A DNA stretch of 64,000 bases, taken from positions 13,321-77,320 of IMG/VR virus record IMGVR_UViG_3300037264_001603. One strand, given 5' to 3'. Origin of the DNA: a virus. The notes beneath the pieces are model-generated. The model was given only the letters and a program-made list of their open reading frames with translations, was not told the origin of the DNA and did no database searches. Below are positions 1 to 9,882 of this stretch, piece by piece (within the stretch, counting starts at the first letter, position 1; every line of letters starts with the position of its first letter). A program made the translations under genes and the position numbers.

Positions 1-150
1 GCCCGGGAAGTAGAAGCGGCTTTGGATTACGCTGTGTTGCGCTATCTCAAGCGGCACAATCAACTTCCTCCCAACATAAAGGACGCCTTTGATCCGGGGA
101 ACACCTTGGAGCTAAAGCGTAAACTGGCGATGGCATGGATGAACAGATAG
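1..150 (+). CDS. 3' end of hypothetical protein (partial)
   Basis: Frame 1 is open from the window start (AREVEAALDY...AWMNR) to TAG at 148-150 and overlaps the next start. Confidence 0.6.
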   Translation, partial: AREVEAALDYAVLRYLKRHNQLPPNIKDAFDPGNTLELKRKLAMAWMNR

Positions 151-377
151 CAGAAATCACCTTCCGGTGGATGGATGAGCGGAGATTTGGTTTTCTCTGG
201 CAACACGACTTGGTATTGGTACACTATGAGAAAGACTATCAGACTTACCGGATCTTGACTGACCACAGCGACGACCAGCTACCAGCCATCAATAACTGGA
301 TTACGGACAAACTGAAAGGGATTCGGGATGCGGACGAGGATACACCCTATCAAAAGAATCGGGATCGATCTAGATAG
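135..377 (+). CDS. hypothetical protein
   Basis: 80-aa ORF in the co-oriented gene run. Confidence 0.55.
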   Translation: MDEQIAEITFRWMDERRFGFLWQHDLVLVHYEKDYQTYRILTDHSDDQLPAINNWITDKLKGIRDADEDTPYQKNRDRSR

Positions 378-948
378 CACCGTAGCGGACTATCTAACCG
401 GAGCCATTCCGCTCCTTGAGCAACACTACGGTTTGGTGCCAGACTTGACCAAAGTCGCGTACACAATCGAAGAAGTATTCGGTTTGACGAAAGAAACTAG
501 GCCCAAGGGAATGCGTGAGTTCCTGTATGAGGAACTGCACTTATTCCGCAAGCTTCCAAAGTTGGAAGAAGATATAGAGCTGCTGACAGTTCTATTGGCG
601 CAGGATGGAGTAAAGATTTACTTCGTAACTGCCAGAACCGGATCGCGTACGATCCGCGAGGACACATTATTCTGGTTAGATAGCAATGGTTTCCAGTATG
701 ATGATGTCTTTCATGTGGAAGACAAAGCTGATTTCTGTAAGAAGGCGCACATTCAAGTCATGCACGAGGATGAAATTGGACAACTGCTCCGATTGCAAGA
801 AGCGGGTGTAGCTGCCGTAATCAGAAATCAACCCTGGAATGCAAATCTCCCCAGCGACCCTCACCATTTGGAGGGGCAGAGAGGAAAGCAAGCCCGGGTG
901 AATAATTGGCGAGAGGCTTACAGAGCCATTAAGGAGTTTTTAGAATGA
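328..948 (+). CDS. HAD-family 5'(3')-deoxyribonucleotidase-like protein
   Basis: Motif I IGIDLDST, motif II FVTAR, Lys of motif III (EDKADF), acidic motif IV HEDE. Confidence 0.8.
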   Translation: MRTRIHPIKRIGIDLDSTVADYLTGAIPLLEQHYGLVPDLTKVAYTIEEVFGLTKETRPKGMREFLYEELHLFRKLPKLEEDIELLTVLLAQDGVKIYFVTARTGSRTIREDTLFWLDSNGFQYDDVFHVEDKADFCKKAHIQVMHEDEIGQLLRLQEAGVAAVIRNQPWNANLPSDPHHLEGQRGKQARVNNWREAYRAIKEFLE

Positions 949-1490
949 AGTTTTACTTAAGCGGTGGAATGGAATACAAGAAGAATTTAGGAACTGTTTG
1001 GCGAGATTGGCTTACCGAAGAGCTTCAGAAACTTCACCACGATGCCATCAATCCAGTAAAGTTGGAAATGGCGGAAGAGGAAGAAGCAGAAGGTGACACG
1101 ACCCGCCAGCCTATTCAAGCTCGTCTGTCTGAATTGAAGGCAGAAGGGAAGCTGAACGAAGTACGAAAGCTTGTTAGAAAGACTCTATTTCGTAAGGACA
1201 TGTTCGCCATCCAGTTGGCAGACGCTATCGTAGTCTTTTACGACGAGTCTGTTCAAAAGGGTGCTGGGACTTTGTCTGAGGCCTGGGAAGCTTTCCGTGA
1301 GGGACGGCCAGTCTATCTGGTCACCGAGTTCCCCATGGAGAAGGTTCCCACATGGCTAATCGGAGAGACTACTGCCATCTTCAAGGATTTCGAAAGCTTC
1401 TTGGAGTATGTAAAGGATCACAGTCACATCATTCGTGATCAGATGCATGCCAAGCAGATTCGAGATGAGGTACTCGGCGGTCTCTACTAA
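945..1490 (+). CDS. nucleoside 2-deoxyribosyltransferase-like (NDT) protein
   Basis: N-terminal FYLSGGM, D..AI..AD.IVV, GAGTLSE (catalytic Glu), GRPVYLV; ATGA coupling. Confidence 0.75.
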   Translation: MKFYLSGGMEYKKNLGTVWRDWLTEELQKLHHDAINPVKLEMAEEEEAEGDTTRQPIQARLSELKAEGKLNEVRKLVRKTLFRKDMFAIQLADAIVVFYDESVQKGAGTLSEAWEAFREGRPVYLVTEFPMEKVPTWLIGETTAIFKDFESFLEYVKDHSHIIRDQMHAKQIRDEVLGGLY

Positions 1491-1503
1491 AGGAGGTACC
1501 GCC

Positions 1504-2001
1504 GTGGATCCTACGGACGTACAGTCAGTTGAACACACGTTAGAAGTTCTGGGTAACGCGGGCGCGGTACCCGTAGTAATCTTTCTTACCCAAATGGTCA
1601 AAAGTCGGGTTGGCGATTTCAAGTATGGCTCAGACCTACTTGCGCTAGCCATTGCTTTTGTTTTGTGCTTTGGGTGGACGTTCTACAACATGTCGCAGGA
1701 GGGCTTCTTCCTTTGGCAACAGATGAACAGCCTAGAGACCTTTAGGTGGGGCATTGACCAGTTGATTGTAGGTTTTGCCACCTGGCTAGCCGCCAGCAAG
1801 ATTTACGACCTCGGGCACGGAAACAAGAAGCGCACCCAACAGGTGGTCGCCCTTGAAGACGAGATCGTGAAGCTCCGAAACGGCCACTCCAATGAAGAAG
1901 AGGAAGCCGACGACGAAGGCTCGGGAGAAGCGGATGGGCAAGCTAAGGAAGATTCTACAGTCTCTGATAAACTGCGTGACATTTTGGAAGGGAAGGACTA
2001 A
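1504..2001 (+). CDS. membrane protein, holin-like (2-3 TM segments, acidic tail)
   Basis: AGGAGG then GTG at 1504; hydrophobic segments AVPVVIFLT, LLALAIAFVLCFGW, LIVGFATWLAAS. Confidence 0.55.
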   Translation: MDPTDVQSVEHTLEVLGNAGAVPVVIFLTQMVKSRVGDFKYGSDLLALAIAFVLCFGWTFYNMSQEGFFLWQQMNSLETFRWGIDQLIVGFATWLAASKIYDLGHGNKKRTQQVVALEDEIVKLRNGHSNEEEEADDEGSGEADGQAKEDSTVSDKLRDILEGKD

Positions 2002-2005
2002 ACAA

Positions 2006-2470
2006 GTGCCAGGAGTAGCAGACCAAATCGGTAAGACTCAGAAGAAGCAGGAGCAGAAGGCTAGACAAGCGGACATGAAAGAGCTTTTACGTATGGTCCA
2101 GGAAGGTAGACTTCATGAGGCCGACGAAAGGCAACTGGAGTCTCTCAAGTTAGCCTTAGAGATCAATACCCTCATAGGCGAGAAGTCCGCAGCTCCCGCG
2201 CCTACGATTGACCCTACCCAGCTAGTAGAGGCCGTCAAGCAGGCTATCACTGAGGGTATGTCTAACGTAACGATCAACGCGGTGTCTTCAGGCGACGCGA
2301 TCAACGACCCCTCCCGCCCCCAGATGAAGCATGTATCACTGGCCGATCTCGTCCAGGATGATACCAAGGTGGACATCTCCCATAGTGAAGGTGTCAGCAA
2401 GGATGTTGCGGGTGGAGAAGCGTCTACCGACAAGCTAGAGCAGTTGAGGAAGCTTAAGGGCGGCAAGTAA
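2006..2470 (+). CDS. hypothetical helical protein, possible partner of the actin-like protein
   Basis: GTG just after the preceding stop; TAATG coupling to the next gene; ends DKLEQLRKLKGGK. Confidence 0.55.
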   Translation: MPGVADQIGKTQKKQEQKARQADMKELLRMVQEGRLHEADERQLESLKLALEINTLIGEKSAAPAPTIDPTQLVEAVKQAITEGMSNVTINAVSSGDAINDPSRPQMKHVSLADLVQDDTKVDISHSEGVSKDVAGGEASTDKLEQLRKLKGGK

Positions 2471-3234
2471 TGCCCAGCAATATCAGCTCTATCCGGTTTG
2501 ATGGCATTTCTGGCCAAATGACCGTAACTGATTACAAGGGCGTTACGGGTCGTATTCCACGCAGTATTGCCTTTTGGATGAAGACCCCCGCATCTGGAGT
2601 GGCCAATGAAGGCACCATCTGTTACTGGGGAAACGAACTAGATACAGGTTCTTTGCGAACAGGAACAACTACAAAGGTCGGACTTGTTTCTGGAGGTAAA
2701 GACGAAACACACGCCGCATTGTTTGGTTTAGGCTCCTTCCGAGAATCTGACGATGATGTGGGGGATGGTAAATGGCATCACGTTTGTTTCACATGGCCAG
2801 GTGGGAAAAAAACCTACGGATCCTCGCAATGCTACATTGATGGGGCATTGAGTAATGGTCCGTCGGGAAAAGTTTCGGGCTCAGAGAACATAAACACGCC
2901 TGAAACACAAGATGTTACATTGGGATGTGAGCCGTCAGTGCTCTTTGGTAATCAAGAGTTCTTTGCCGGCCAATTAGATGATTTCTGTATCTTCAGCACT
3001 GACATAGGAAGCGTGGGGGCATCTCAACTAGCCGCCAGTGGACATGGGAATATAGATATTGCGGCAAGTGGTATCTTCTCATCAAACCTTGCGGTTTGGT
3101 ATCGTATGGGCGATGTTCCTGGGGACACTGCGGGGGACAACGGGACCATCCAGGATGCTTCTGGGAATGGCAGAGATGCCGCAACAACGGCCGGTACTAC
3201 CTTATTGGCAGATCCCGGACCGGAGGTGTACTAA
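2470..3234 (+). CDS. LamG/concanavalin-A-like domain virion protein
   Basis: SIAFWMK, DGKWHHVCFTW, YIDG, FFAGQLDDFCIF, LAVWYRM, DASGNG LamG signature. Confidence 0.8.
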   Translation: MPSNISSIRFDGISGQMTVTDYKGVTGRIPRSIAFWMKTPASGVANEGTICYWGNELDTGSLRTGTTTKVGLVSGGKDETHAALFGLGSFRESDDDVGDGKWHHVCFTWPGGKKTYGSSQCYIDGALSNGPSGKVSGSENINTPETQDVTLGCEPSVLFGNQEFFAGQLDDFCIFSTDIGSVGASQLAASGHGNIDIAASGIFSSNLAVWYRMGDVPGDTAGDNGTIQDASGNGRDAATTAGTTLLADPGPEVY

Positions 3235-4526
3235 TGGTTGACCAGGAAAAACTTCACGAGTTGACCAAAGATGGAATTGTAACTACCGAAGATGGCATTC
3301 GAGTAATCGATGCCTCCAGGCTGGACGGGCCGCAAAGGCTACGTGCAGCACCAGAAAAGCGACAGCCACGAAAAGTTGCCCCGCCACCGCCTGCTCCGGA
3401 ACCTGAGCCGGTGGAAGAAGTAGTAGAGGGGCCCAAGGTCTTACTGCCTCCTGATATGCAACAACGGGAGTCATTGAACACCCAGTTCAAGAAGGAGTTT
3501 ACCATGAATGAAGAAAACGTACCGAAGGGAGTAGGCTTGGACGTAGGAACCTCCTTTTTGGTTTCTGGACGATTCAACCAAGGCGGAACCGTTGACTACC
3601 GAAAGGTACGCGACTGCTTTCTCCACATTCCTTTCAAGAGCCCTATCAATCAGAAAATGATTCAGAAGGGGCTGAATGATCGACAGGTGCCCTACATTGC
3701 CCAAGAGGATGGGTTTTACGTTCTCGGTGAAGATGCATTCATTATGGCCAATGAGCGCCATCAGGAAACTCGACGCCCCATGAACCGCGGGGTCCTTTCT
3801 CCCAAGGAAAAGGCGGCGTTCCCGATCCTCAAGTCTTTGATCGACCTTGTAGTAGGTCCGCCACGAGTACCGGGGGAGCGTTTGGTATTCTCCGTACCGG
3901 CGAAGCCCATTGATGCCCAGTTCGATCAGGTCTTTCATCAGGACATGCTGCGCTCCTTCATCGCTAGTAAGGGATACGAGGCCGTGCCTATGAACGAAGC
4001 CGAGGCCCTGGCTTATTCCGAGCTTCTCAATGAGGGGCTTACGGGTATTGCCATTTCCTGTGGCGCAGGCATGATGAACGTAGTAGTCATGTCCTCTGGT
4101 GATCCGGTGGTAGCTTTCAGTACCAGCCGCTCCGGCGATTGGATCGATGAACAGGCCGCTATCGCTACGGACATGACGCGAGCCTTAGTCCAGCAAGAGA
4201 AGGAAGGTTCCGAGTTGGACCTAATGTCGCCGGACCCGAGTAATCAGATTCATCAGGCCATTGCTGTTTACTACGGAAACCTCTTGGTGTACACGCTAGA
4301 GAACATTGCCCACGATCTTGCTCGTTCTCCTGCGCTGCCCAAGTTCAAGGCTCCGATTCCTTTGGTAGTTGGCGGGGGTACTTCCCTCCCGCGTGGATTC
4401 CTAGACAAATTCAAGCAGGCTCTGGGGGCCGTAGCGATGCCTGTTGAGATTAGTGAGGTACGCCACGCCGCAGACCCGCTCCATGCGGTAGCACACGGAC
4501 TTACGTTAGCCGCATCTATGGAGTAG
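3234..4526 (+). CDS. actin-fold ATPase, volactin-like, with Pro-rich N-terminal extension
   Basis: Phosphate-1 GLDVGTS, connect NEAEA, phosphate-2 ISCGAGMMN, adenosine VVGGGTS, C-terminal PLHAVAHG. Confidence 0.85.
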   Translation: MVDQEKLHELTKDGIVTTEDGIRVIDASRLDGPQRLRAAPEKRQPRKVAPPPPAPEPEPVEEVVEGPKVLLPPDMQQRESLNTQFKKEFTMNEENVPKGVGLDVGTSFLVSGRFNQGGTVDYRKVRDCFLHIPFKSPINQKMIQKGLNDRQVPYIAQEDGFYVLGEDAFIMANERHQETRRPMNRGVLSPKEKAAFPILKSLIDLVVGPPRVPGERLVFSVPAKPIDAQFDQVFHQDMLRSFIASKGYEAVPMNEAEALAYSELLNEGLTGIAISCGAGMMNVVVMSSGDPVVAFSTSRSGDWIDEQAAIATDMTRALVQQEKEGSELDLMSPDPSNQIHQAIAVYYGNLLVYTLENIAHDLARSPALPKFKAPIPLVVGGGTSLPRGFLDKFKQALGAVAMPVEISEVRHAADPLHAVAHGLTLAASME

Positions 4527-4527
4527 A

Positions 4528-5559
4528 ATGCCAACTCTAACTCCCAAAATCGCGCTCAAAAAGCCAGTAGTAAACGTAGAGACCGATTGGGGGCTTAGGC
4601 TAAACGAGACGATTGATATTCTGGACGGCGCGGCCCTAACCGCCAACATCACTGGTCTAGGTAACGTTGTTTATACCGACAGTGGGGGTGGCACCGTAAC
4701 CGTCAGTGGAAGGCTTCTGGTCGGTAAGGGCGCGATTACCCTGATTACCGAAGGTAGCGCTATTGTCATCAGCGGCACCGGTGGAACGCACGGGGCCCTT
4801 CCGGGCTTGGGAAACGACGATCATCCGCAGTATGCCCATCTGGCTCAGAACGAGACGATTTCTGGAACGTGGAACTTCGTAGGACATCCTACCATCTCTG
4901 GTACCCCGGTAGTAACAGGAACAGCCCACGGGAACCTATCCGGACTACTCAACGACAACCATCCTCAGTACGTACTGGTAGATGGTACTAGGACAATTAC
5001 TGGCAACCTTACTGTAGCCAGTGGTATTACGGCCACTTCGATTGACGTTTCGTTGGTCAGTGCTTCTTCAGGTACGATCACTAATACTCTTACCGTGGGG
5101 TCAGGTGTAGTAAACATCAATCCTAATGGGGTTACGATTTCGGGTATTCGAGTAGCTACGATCAATGACATTCTGACAATCAGTGGTAGCGGACGCCAGG
5201 CCTTCAGAACTATCAATGCGGTTGGATCAGGCACGCACAGTATGGTCGCAAGTGATTATCTGGTGGTAGTAACAGGATCAGCCACCTACGCAGAATTGAT
5301 CTTACCTCCTATCAGTTCGGTTTTGGGGCAAACATTCCGAATACAGCTACCTTACAATGGTCCTTTGAGTGATAGGTACCCCAACCTAACCAGTGTTGTA
5401 GTCGATGCCCAAGCAGGAGAGTTGCGAGAAGGTACAGATGTCGCTTCCTATGATCTTCTCTACTACCAAATTACCCCGGCCGGAGATCCCCTCGGAATGG
5501 AGTTCATGGCGGTTGGCGGCGATTTAGGATGGACAGCACTGATTGATCGAGACGTCTAA
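4528..5559 (+). CDS. virion fibre-like protein
   Basis: T/S/G/V-rich; two HG.L.GL..D.HPQY repeats typical of phage fibre proteins. Confidence 0.65.
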   Translation: MPTLTPKIALKKPVVNVETDWGLRLNETIDILDGAALTANITGLGNVVYTDSGGGTVTVSGRLLVGKGAITLITEGSAIVISGTGGTHGALPGLGNDDHPQYAHLAQNETISGTWNFVGHPTISGTPVVTGTAHGNLSGLLNDNHPQYVLVDGTRTITGNLTVASGITATSIDVSLVSASSGTITNTLTVGSGVVNINPNGVTISGIRVATINDILTISGSGRQAFRTINAVGSGTHSMVASDYLVVVTGSATYAELILPPISSVLGQTFRIQLPYNGPLSDRYPNLTSVVVDAQAGELREGTDVASYDLLYYQITPAGDPLGMEFMAVGGDLGWTALIDRDV

Positions 5560-6365
5560 TGGTTACCCTGAGTGTTTACAACGAAGGCATCTACAACGAT
5601 GGGATCTACAACCTCGCTGTTTCGGGCACCACCGCCTCCATCGAGTTGGATGGTAAGAACCAGTACCTGGGAACGTACGAGCCATCGACATTAGGAGTTG
5701 CTAACACTTGGACTCTAGGTTTGTGGGCCAAGCCTCTAACCAATCCTGAACATACCGCAGTCTTTTCTACAGCCAGCCACCGGCGCACCAATGAGATCGA
5801 TGTATTCGTTACACCGATCGCCAGAGAATCTCAAGAACTCGGAAAGAGACCGGCATCACTTCGCGTAATGATCAAGGATGCCTCGGGAACCACTCTCAAA
5901 CATTTTGGTTGGGGAGATTTCTTCAAGACCGATGTGTGGACGCATGCGTTCATCCAATGGAATGGCACTGCGCTTACCGCCTACAAAGATGGCGCGCTAA
6001 CCACTACTGGTGTGGTACTTACCAGCGTTACTGGAACTATGACAGATGAGTCGCGTCAGATCTTCATGGGCTCTGCTGTGGCCGGAGTTACTGCCACCTT
6101 CAGTGGAATCCTTGGGCACTTTGCCATGTGGAACTCCATTCTTTCCCCCGCCGAATTGGTGGTTGTTTACAGCGGTGGTTTCGACATAGATCTAACCTCC
6201 GCGTCCGGTAGTTATGTTTCCACAAGCAGCTTGAAGCATTACTGGAAGCCTGGTTTGGACGACACCAACATTGGCAAGGACTTTGCGGTTAGCGGCACTA
6301 CTCCCATTGATTTGACCAAGCAGCATAATCTGACCACGGCCAACATTTCTGCGGAGGTCCCATAA
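5559..6365 (+). CDS. LamG-like domain virion protein
   Basis: WTLGLWAK, WTHAFIQWNG, AYKDG, FSGILGHFAMWNSILS, LKHYWK. Confidence 0.75.
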   Translation: MVTLSVYNEGIYNDGIYNLAVSGTTASIELDGKNQYLGTYEPSTLGVANTWTLGLWAKPLTNPEHTAVFSTASHRRTNEIDVFVTPIARESQELGKRPASLRVMIKDASGTTLKHFGWGDFFKTDVWTHAFIQWNGTALTAYKDGALTTTGVVLTSVTGTMTDESRQIFMGSAVAGVTATFSGILGHFAMWNSILSPAELVVVYSGGFDIDLTSASGSYVSTSSLKHYWKPGLDDTNIGKDFAVSGTTPIDLTKQHNLTTANISAEVP

Positions 6366-7057
6366 TGGTAGGCAGTCTAACTACTGTAGCCACAGGGATC
6401 CAAGGTGTGAATGGTAAGTCTCTTTCCTGGGAGATGATCACTACTGGTCCGCTTACCGCCAAACAGACATTGGTAGTCGTCGTAGCTGGTGTTGATTCGC
6501 AGAAAGCGATTCCTATCGTTGCCACCATATCGGGCTCAGCCAAGTCTCCATTTGCGGCAGTACCTTTGACTACGGCCACCAGTTTTACCGGCCCCGGCGG
6601 ACACAGCTTTCCCTGTGTGTGGATGATGACGCGACATGCGCCAATCCCAATTGCTGGGACAGTTACCGGTACTATCTACGTGGAATTCAGTGAAATAGTC
6701 AATCGCATGTGCGGGATGTCTGCAATCATTAGCGGAACCAGTGGAAACTACGATGGTGCCGCCGGCGGAATTGCACAGCATACCGATTTGCCAAACTTCT
6801 TTCTTTCCAGCGCGCACACCACAACCGGAACCAATTCAGTTTTGGTTGACGTGTGCATGTCGGAAGCCAGTAATCACCAAACGCATACTTTGGGGGCCAG
6901 TCAAACAGACGTCGGCAATGTCTTCTTTACGGGGCCCAAGTATTCGGTTTCCCTCAAGCAGGCCCCTACCCCCGGCACTGGTACTATGAGTCGGGCAGAT
7001 GTGGGCGGGCCGTTTGCTGGAGTATCCCTCGTTATCCTAGGACTACAGGGGCAGTAA
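6365..7057 (+). CDS. putative virion structural protein (beta-rich)
   Basis: T/S/G-rich 230 aa, TAATG-coupled on both sides. Confidence 0.5.
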   Translation: MVGSLTTVATGIQGVNGKSLSWEMITTGPLTAKQTLVVVVAGVDSQKAIPIVATISGSAKSPFAAVPLTTATSFTGPGGHSFPCVWMMTRHAPIPIAGTVTGTIYVEFSEIVNRMCGMSAIISGTSGNYDGAAGGIAQHTDLPNFFLSSAHTTTGTNSVLVDVCMSEASNHQTHTLGASQTDVGNVFFTGPKYSVSLKQAPTPGTGTMSRADVGGPFAGVSLVILGLQGQ

Positions 7058-7401
7058 TGTACCATAAAGAAGACACACGACCTTGGGGTAAGTTTGAGCA
7101 GTTCACCTGGAACGAGAAGACCACCGTTAAGATCATCACGGTCAATCCAGGGCAACAGCTTTCTATTCAAAGACACCAGCGGCGATCCGAGTTCTGGGTC
7201 GCCCTTGATGAAGGACTCATTACCTACTTGGAAGGAGAGTGGCGGGTATTTCACAAGGGTGATACTTTTAACATCGCCGCTCACAAAATTCATTCTATTC
7301 GGAATGAATACCAGAAGCCAGCGCGCTTCTTAGAAATCGCCTTTGGCCACTTTGACGAAGACGATATTGAGCGCCTGGAAGACAAATACGGGAGAAGCTA
7401 A
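7057..7401 (+). CDS. cupin, mannose-6-phosphate isomerase type II C-terminal-like
   Basis: RPWG, VNPGQQLSIQRHQRRSEFW, HSIRN, EDDIERLEDKYGR. Confidence 0.85.
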   Translation: MYHKEDTRPWGKFEQFTWNEKTTVKIITVNPGQQLSIQRHQRRSEFWVALDEGLITYLEGEWRVFHKGDTFNIAAHKIHSIRNEYQKPARFLEIAFGHFDEDDIERLEDKYGRS

Positions 7402-7402
7402 A

Positions 7403-7627
7403 ATGGTAAAAGTATTCAAGCCTACGGGAAAAGATACCGTTTCTAATCGCAAGATTACGCAAACTGCCGATGATCGAAAACAACAGCTCAAGGACTTTCG
7501 AGCGGACAAAGAGCATAAGCAGAAGCTCAAGGACGAGCGATATGCCAAGATGGCTGAGCGTAAGAAGCGTCCCTCCTCTCCTAAGGGCGGCGGTGGGATT
7601 GACATCCGGGTGACTGGAGAAAACTAA
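7403..7627 (+). CDS. small basic hypothetical protein
   Basis: ATG just after the upstream stop; K/R-rich. Confidence 0.5.
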   Translation: MVKVFKPTGKDTVSNRKITQTADDRKQQLKDFRADKEHKQKLKDERYAKMAERKKRPSSPKGGGGIDIRVTGEN

Positions 7628-7687
7628 GCAATTGTCTTATGATTACATCTGACAAGAACACACATCTTGTCAGCGGCGGAGGTGTCT

Positions 7688-8893
7688 ATGAAAGTGCTCC
7701 GAGGAGAGAGCGGCATTACCATTTTGTTCCGCCCAATGAAAACCGGATTGGTGGACATGCGCTATTTGGTAATGTGTGGCGCGGTAGACGAGTCCCCCGC
7801 GGAACGAGGGTTCTGCCACGCCTTAGAGCACATGGTGTTCGCTGGTACTGACAAGCGGTCATGGCTACAGATCAACAGAGATTGGGAGAAGCTAGGAACC
7901 TCCTATAACGCCATAACCGCACAAGATCGCACCTATTACATCGCCACAACCCTGAGGCGAAATTGGAAAGAATGCTACGAAGTATTGGCCGACATGTTTT
8001 ACAATTGCAAATTTCCAACGGAGCGCTGGGAAGACATTGAGAAGCCGGCTATCATTTCGGAGATCCTGGACAGCTTGGACGATGAAACCTCCGTATTGGA
8101 AGAAGAACTCTACATGCATGGAATTGGTGACCGATACCACCCTATCATGGGAGACATTGAGACTATCAAGAACGCCTCTGTTTCTGACCTCACCAACTTT
8201 TATGACCGATACTATCGTGGTTCCAGTGTGTTGCTTTTTATCTCCGGGGACCTCACAGAAGAGGAAGTTCTGCAAGAAGTGAATAGATACGACCGACTCC
8301 GGCCTTCTTCTCCTATTCGCAGGCAGAGATTTGATTTCGAGTTCAACCACGAAGATCTAGATGTTATCGATCCAGGCATCAAGCAGTGCTACCTACAGGC
8401 CCTGCTGCCTCTAAATGTTCCACGCAAATATACTACTCGTACTGCCATAGGCGTGGGAGTCAATTGCCTTTCCCAATTCCTCTTTGAAGAACTCCGAGAG
8501 AAGCGAGGGTTGGTTTATGGTGCCGATGCCTCTTTGTACTGGGACATTCCTGGACGTATCTTTCTGCACCTCCAGACTGCGACCGATAAGAGTCTATTGG
8601 AGAAGACCGAAGCTGCTTTCTTGGAAGCCATTGCTAAGTTCCCGGAAGAAGGACTATCTGGTGAACGTATTCGTAACATGAAGCTTTTGGAAGAGCACGT
8701 GGTGACCAGTGATTCCGAAGATCTAAGCACTTCCGCCGATTGGATGTGGGATGCTTGGAAAGAAGATGTATTTGAAGATCCGTATAGCAACCACGCTAAG
8801 ACGGTAGAGTCCCTGTCTGTCGATTCGATTAGGGAAACGACCCGCACCCACGTCAAGGGTGTTTACAAACTTGGAAGGTTGGTAGAAGACTAA
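7688..8893 (+). CDS. M16 family (pitrilysin-like) Zn-peptidase
   Basis: Inverted zinc motif HALEH(MVF.GT), NAIT..DRT.Y, EI, LFEELREKRGLVY; GGAGG upstream. Confidence 0.88.
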   Translation: MKVLRGESGITILFRPMKTGLVDMRYLVMCGAVDESPAERGFCHALEHMVFAGTDKRSWLQINRDWEKLGTSYNAITAQDRTYYIATTLRRNWKECYEVLADMFYNCKFPTERWEDIEKPAIISEILDSLDDETSVLEEELYMHGIGDRYHPIMGDIETIKNASVSDLTNFYDRYYRGSSVLLFISGDLTEEEVLQEVNRYDRLRPSSPIRRQRFDFEFNHEDLDVIDPGIKQCYLQALLPLNVPRKYTTRTAIGVGVNCLSQFLFEELREKRGLVYGADASLYWDIPGRIFLHLQTATDKSLLEKTEAAFLEAIAKFPEEGLSGERIRNMKLLEEHVVTSDSEDLSTSADWMWDAWKEDVFEDPYSNHAKTVESLSVDSIRETTRTHVKGVYKLGRLVED

Positions 8894-9882
8894 TGCGCGA
8901 AGCTCTTACTTTTGATGATGTGGCCCTTGTTCCTCGTTACAACAATGTTCAGAGCCGGACAGAGCCCGATCTGAGCACCTGGCTTACCAGAAACTTGAAG
9001 ATTGGTATGCCTTTGGTTCCAGCTAACATGGATACGGTAATCGGACCCGAGTTAGCTCAAGTCATTGTGTCTAATGGTGGTATTCCCATTTTCCATCGCT
9101 TCACTAACCTGGAAACCCAGAAGAAGTGGGTCGAGGAGTTCCAAGGAAAGGTGGTCTTGTCCTGTGGGATTGGTAAAACAGATGAAGTCGCTAGGATTCT
9201 TGATCTCGGTGCTGTTGGCATTTGCTTTGATGTCGCCCATGGGCATTCCGAAAAGATGGTCAACTTGGTCGGATGGGTCAAAACTCATTATCCGAACGTG
9301 GAAGTTATCGCCGGAAACGTTTGTACAGCAAGGGCGTATCACGATCTTGTTAATGCAGGTGCAGATGCTGTTAAGGTTGGCATCGGTCCTGGTGCGGCTT
9401 GCACTACCCGAGTTGTCACAGGCTTTGGTGTTCCGCAGTTTACAGCTATCAAGGATTGCGCAGAAGAAGCACAACATTTCCGTGTTCCTGTCATTGCAGA
9501 CGGCGGGATACGAACTTCAGCAGACATCGTCAAAGCACTGGCTGCTGGTGCCTCTACAGTAATGATGGGTAAGGTGTTTGCGCTAACAGACGAGAGCGCT
9601 GCAGAGAAGCTCAATGGTCGAGCCAAATACCGCGGACAGGCCAGTGAGGATTTCCAGAACGAGTACTATGGCGGCCTCAAAGAAAAGACCGTAGCAGAAG
9701 GTACTGATTTCTGGGCCCCGGTAACAGACAGTGCCCAAGCTGTCATTGATCAATTCCTGGGTGGTTTACGCAGCGGCATGACCTATGCCGGTGCGCGAGA
9801 CATCAAGGAACTACAGAGGAAGGCCGAATTCGTCAAAGTAACCGGATCCTACTCCGTCGAAAGTAACCCCAGGAGAGACTAA
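8893..9882 (+). CDS. IMP dehydrogenase/GMP reductase family protein (no CBS domain, GMPR-like)
   Basis: [34 protein letters not shown] catalytic Cys, IADGG, YRGQAS; flap lacks the IMPDH Arg-Tyr dyad. Confidence 0.88.
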   Translation: MREALTFDDVALVPRYNNVQSRTEPDLSTWLTRNLKIGMPLVPANMDTVIGPELAQVIVSNGGIPIFHRFTNLETQKKWVEEFQGKVVLSCGIGKTDEVARILDLGAVGICFDVAHGHSEKMVNLVGWVKTHYPNVEVIAGNVCTARAYHDLVNAGADAVKVGIGPGAACTTRVVTGFGVPQFTAIKDCAEEAQHFRVPVIADGGIRTSADIVKALAAGASTVMMGKVFALTDESAAEKLNGRAKYRGQASEDFQNEYYGGLKEKTVAEGTDFWAPVTDSAQAVIDQFLGGLRSGMTYAGARDIKELQRKAEFVKVTGSYSVESNPRRD

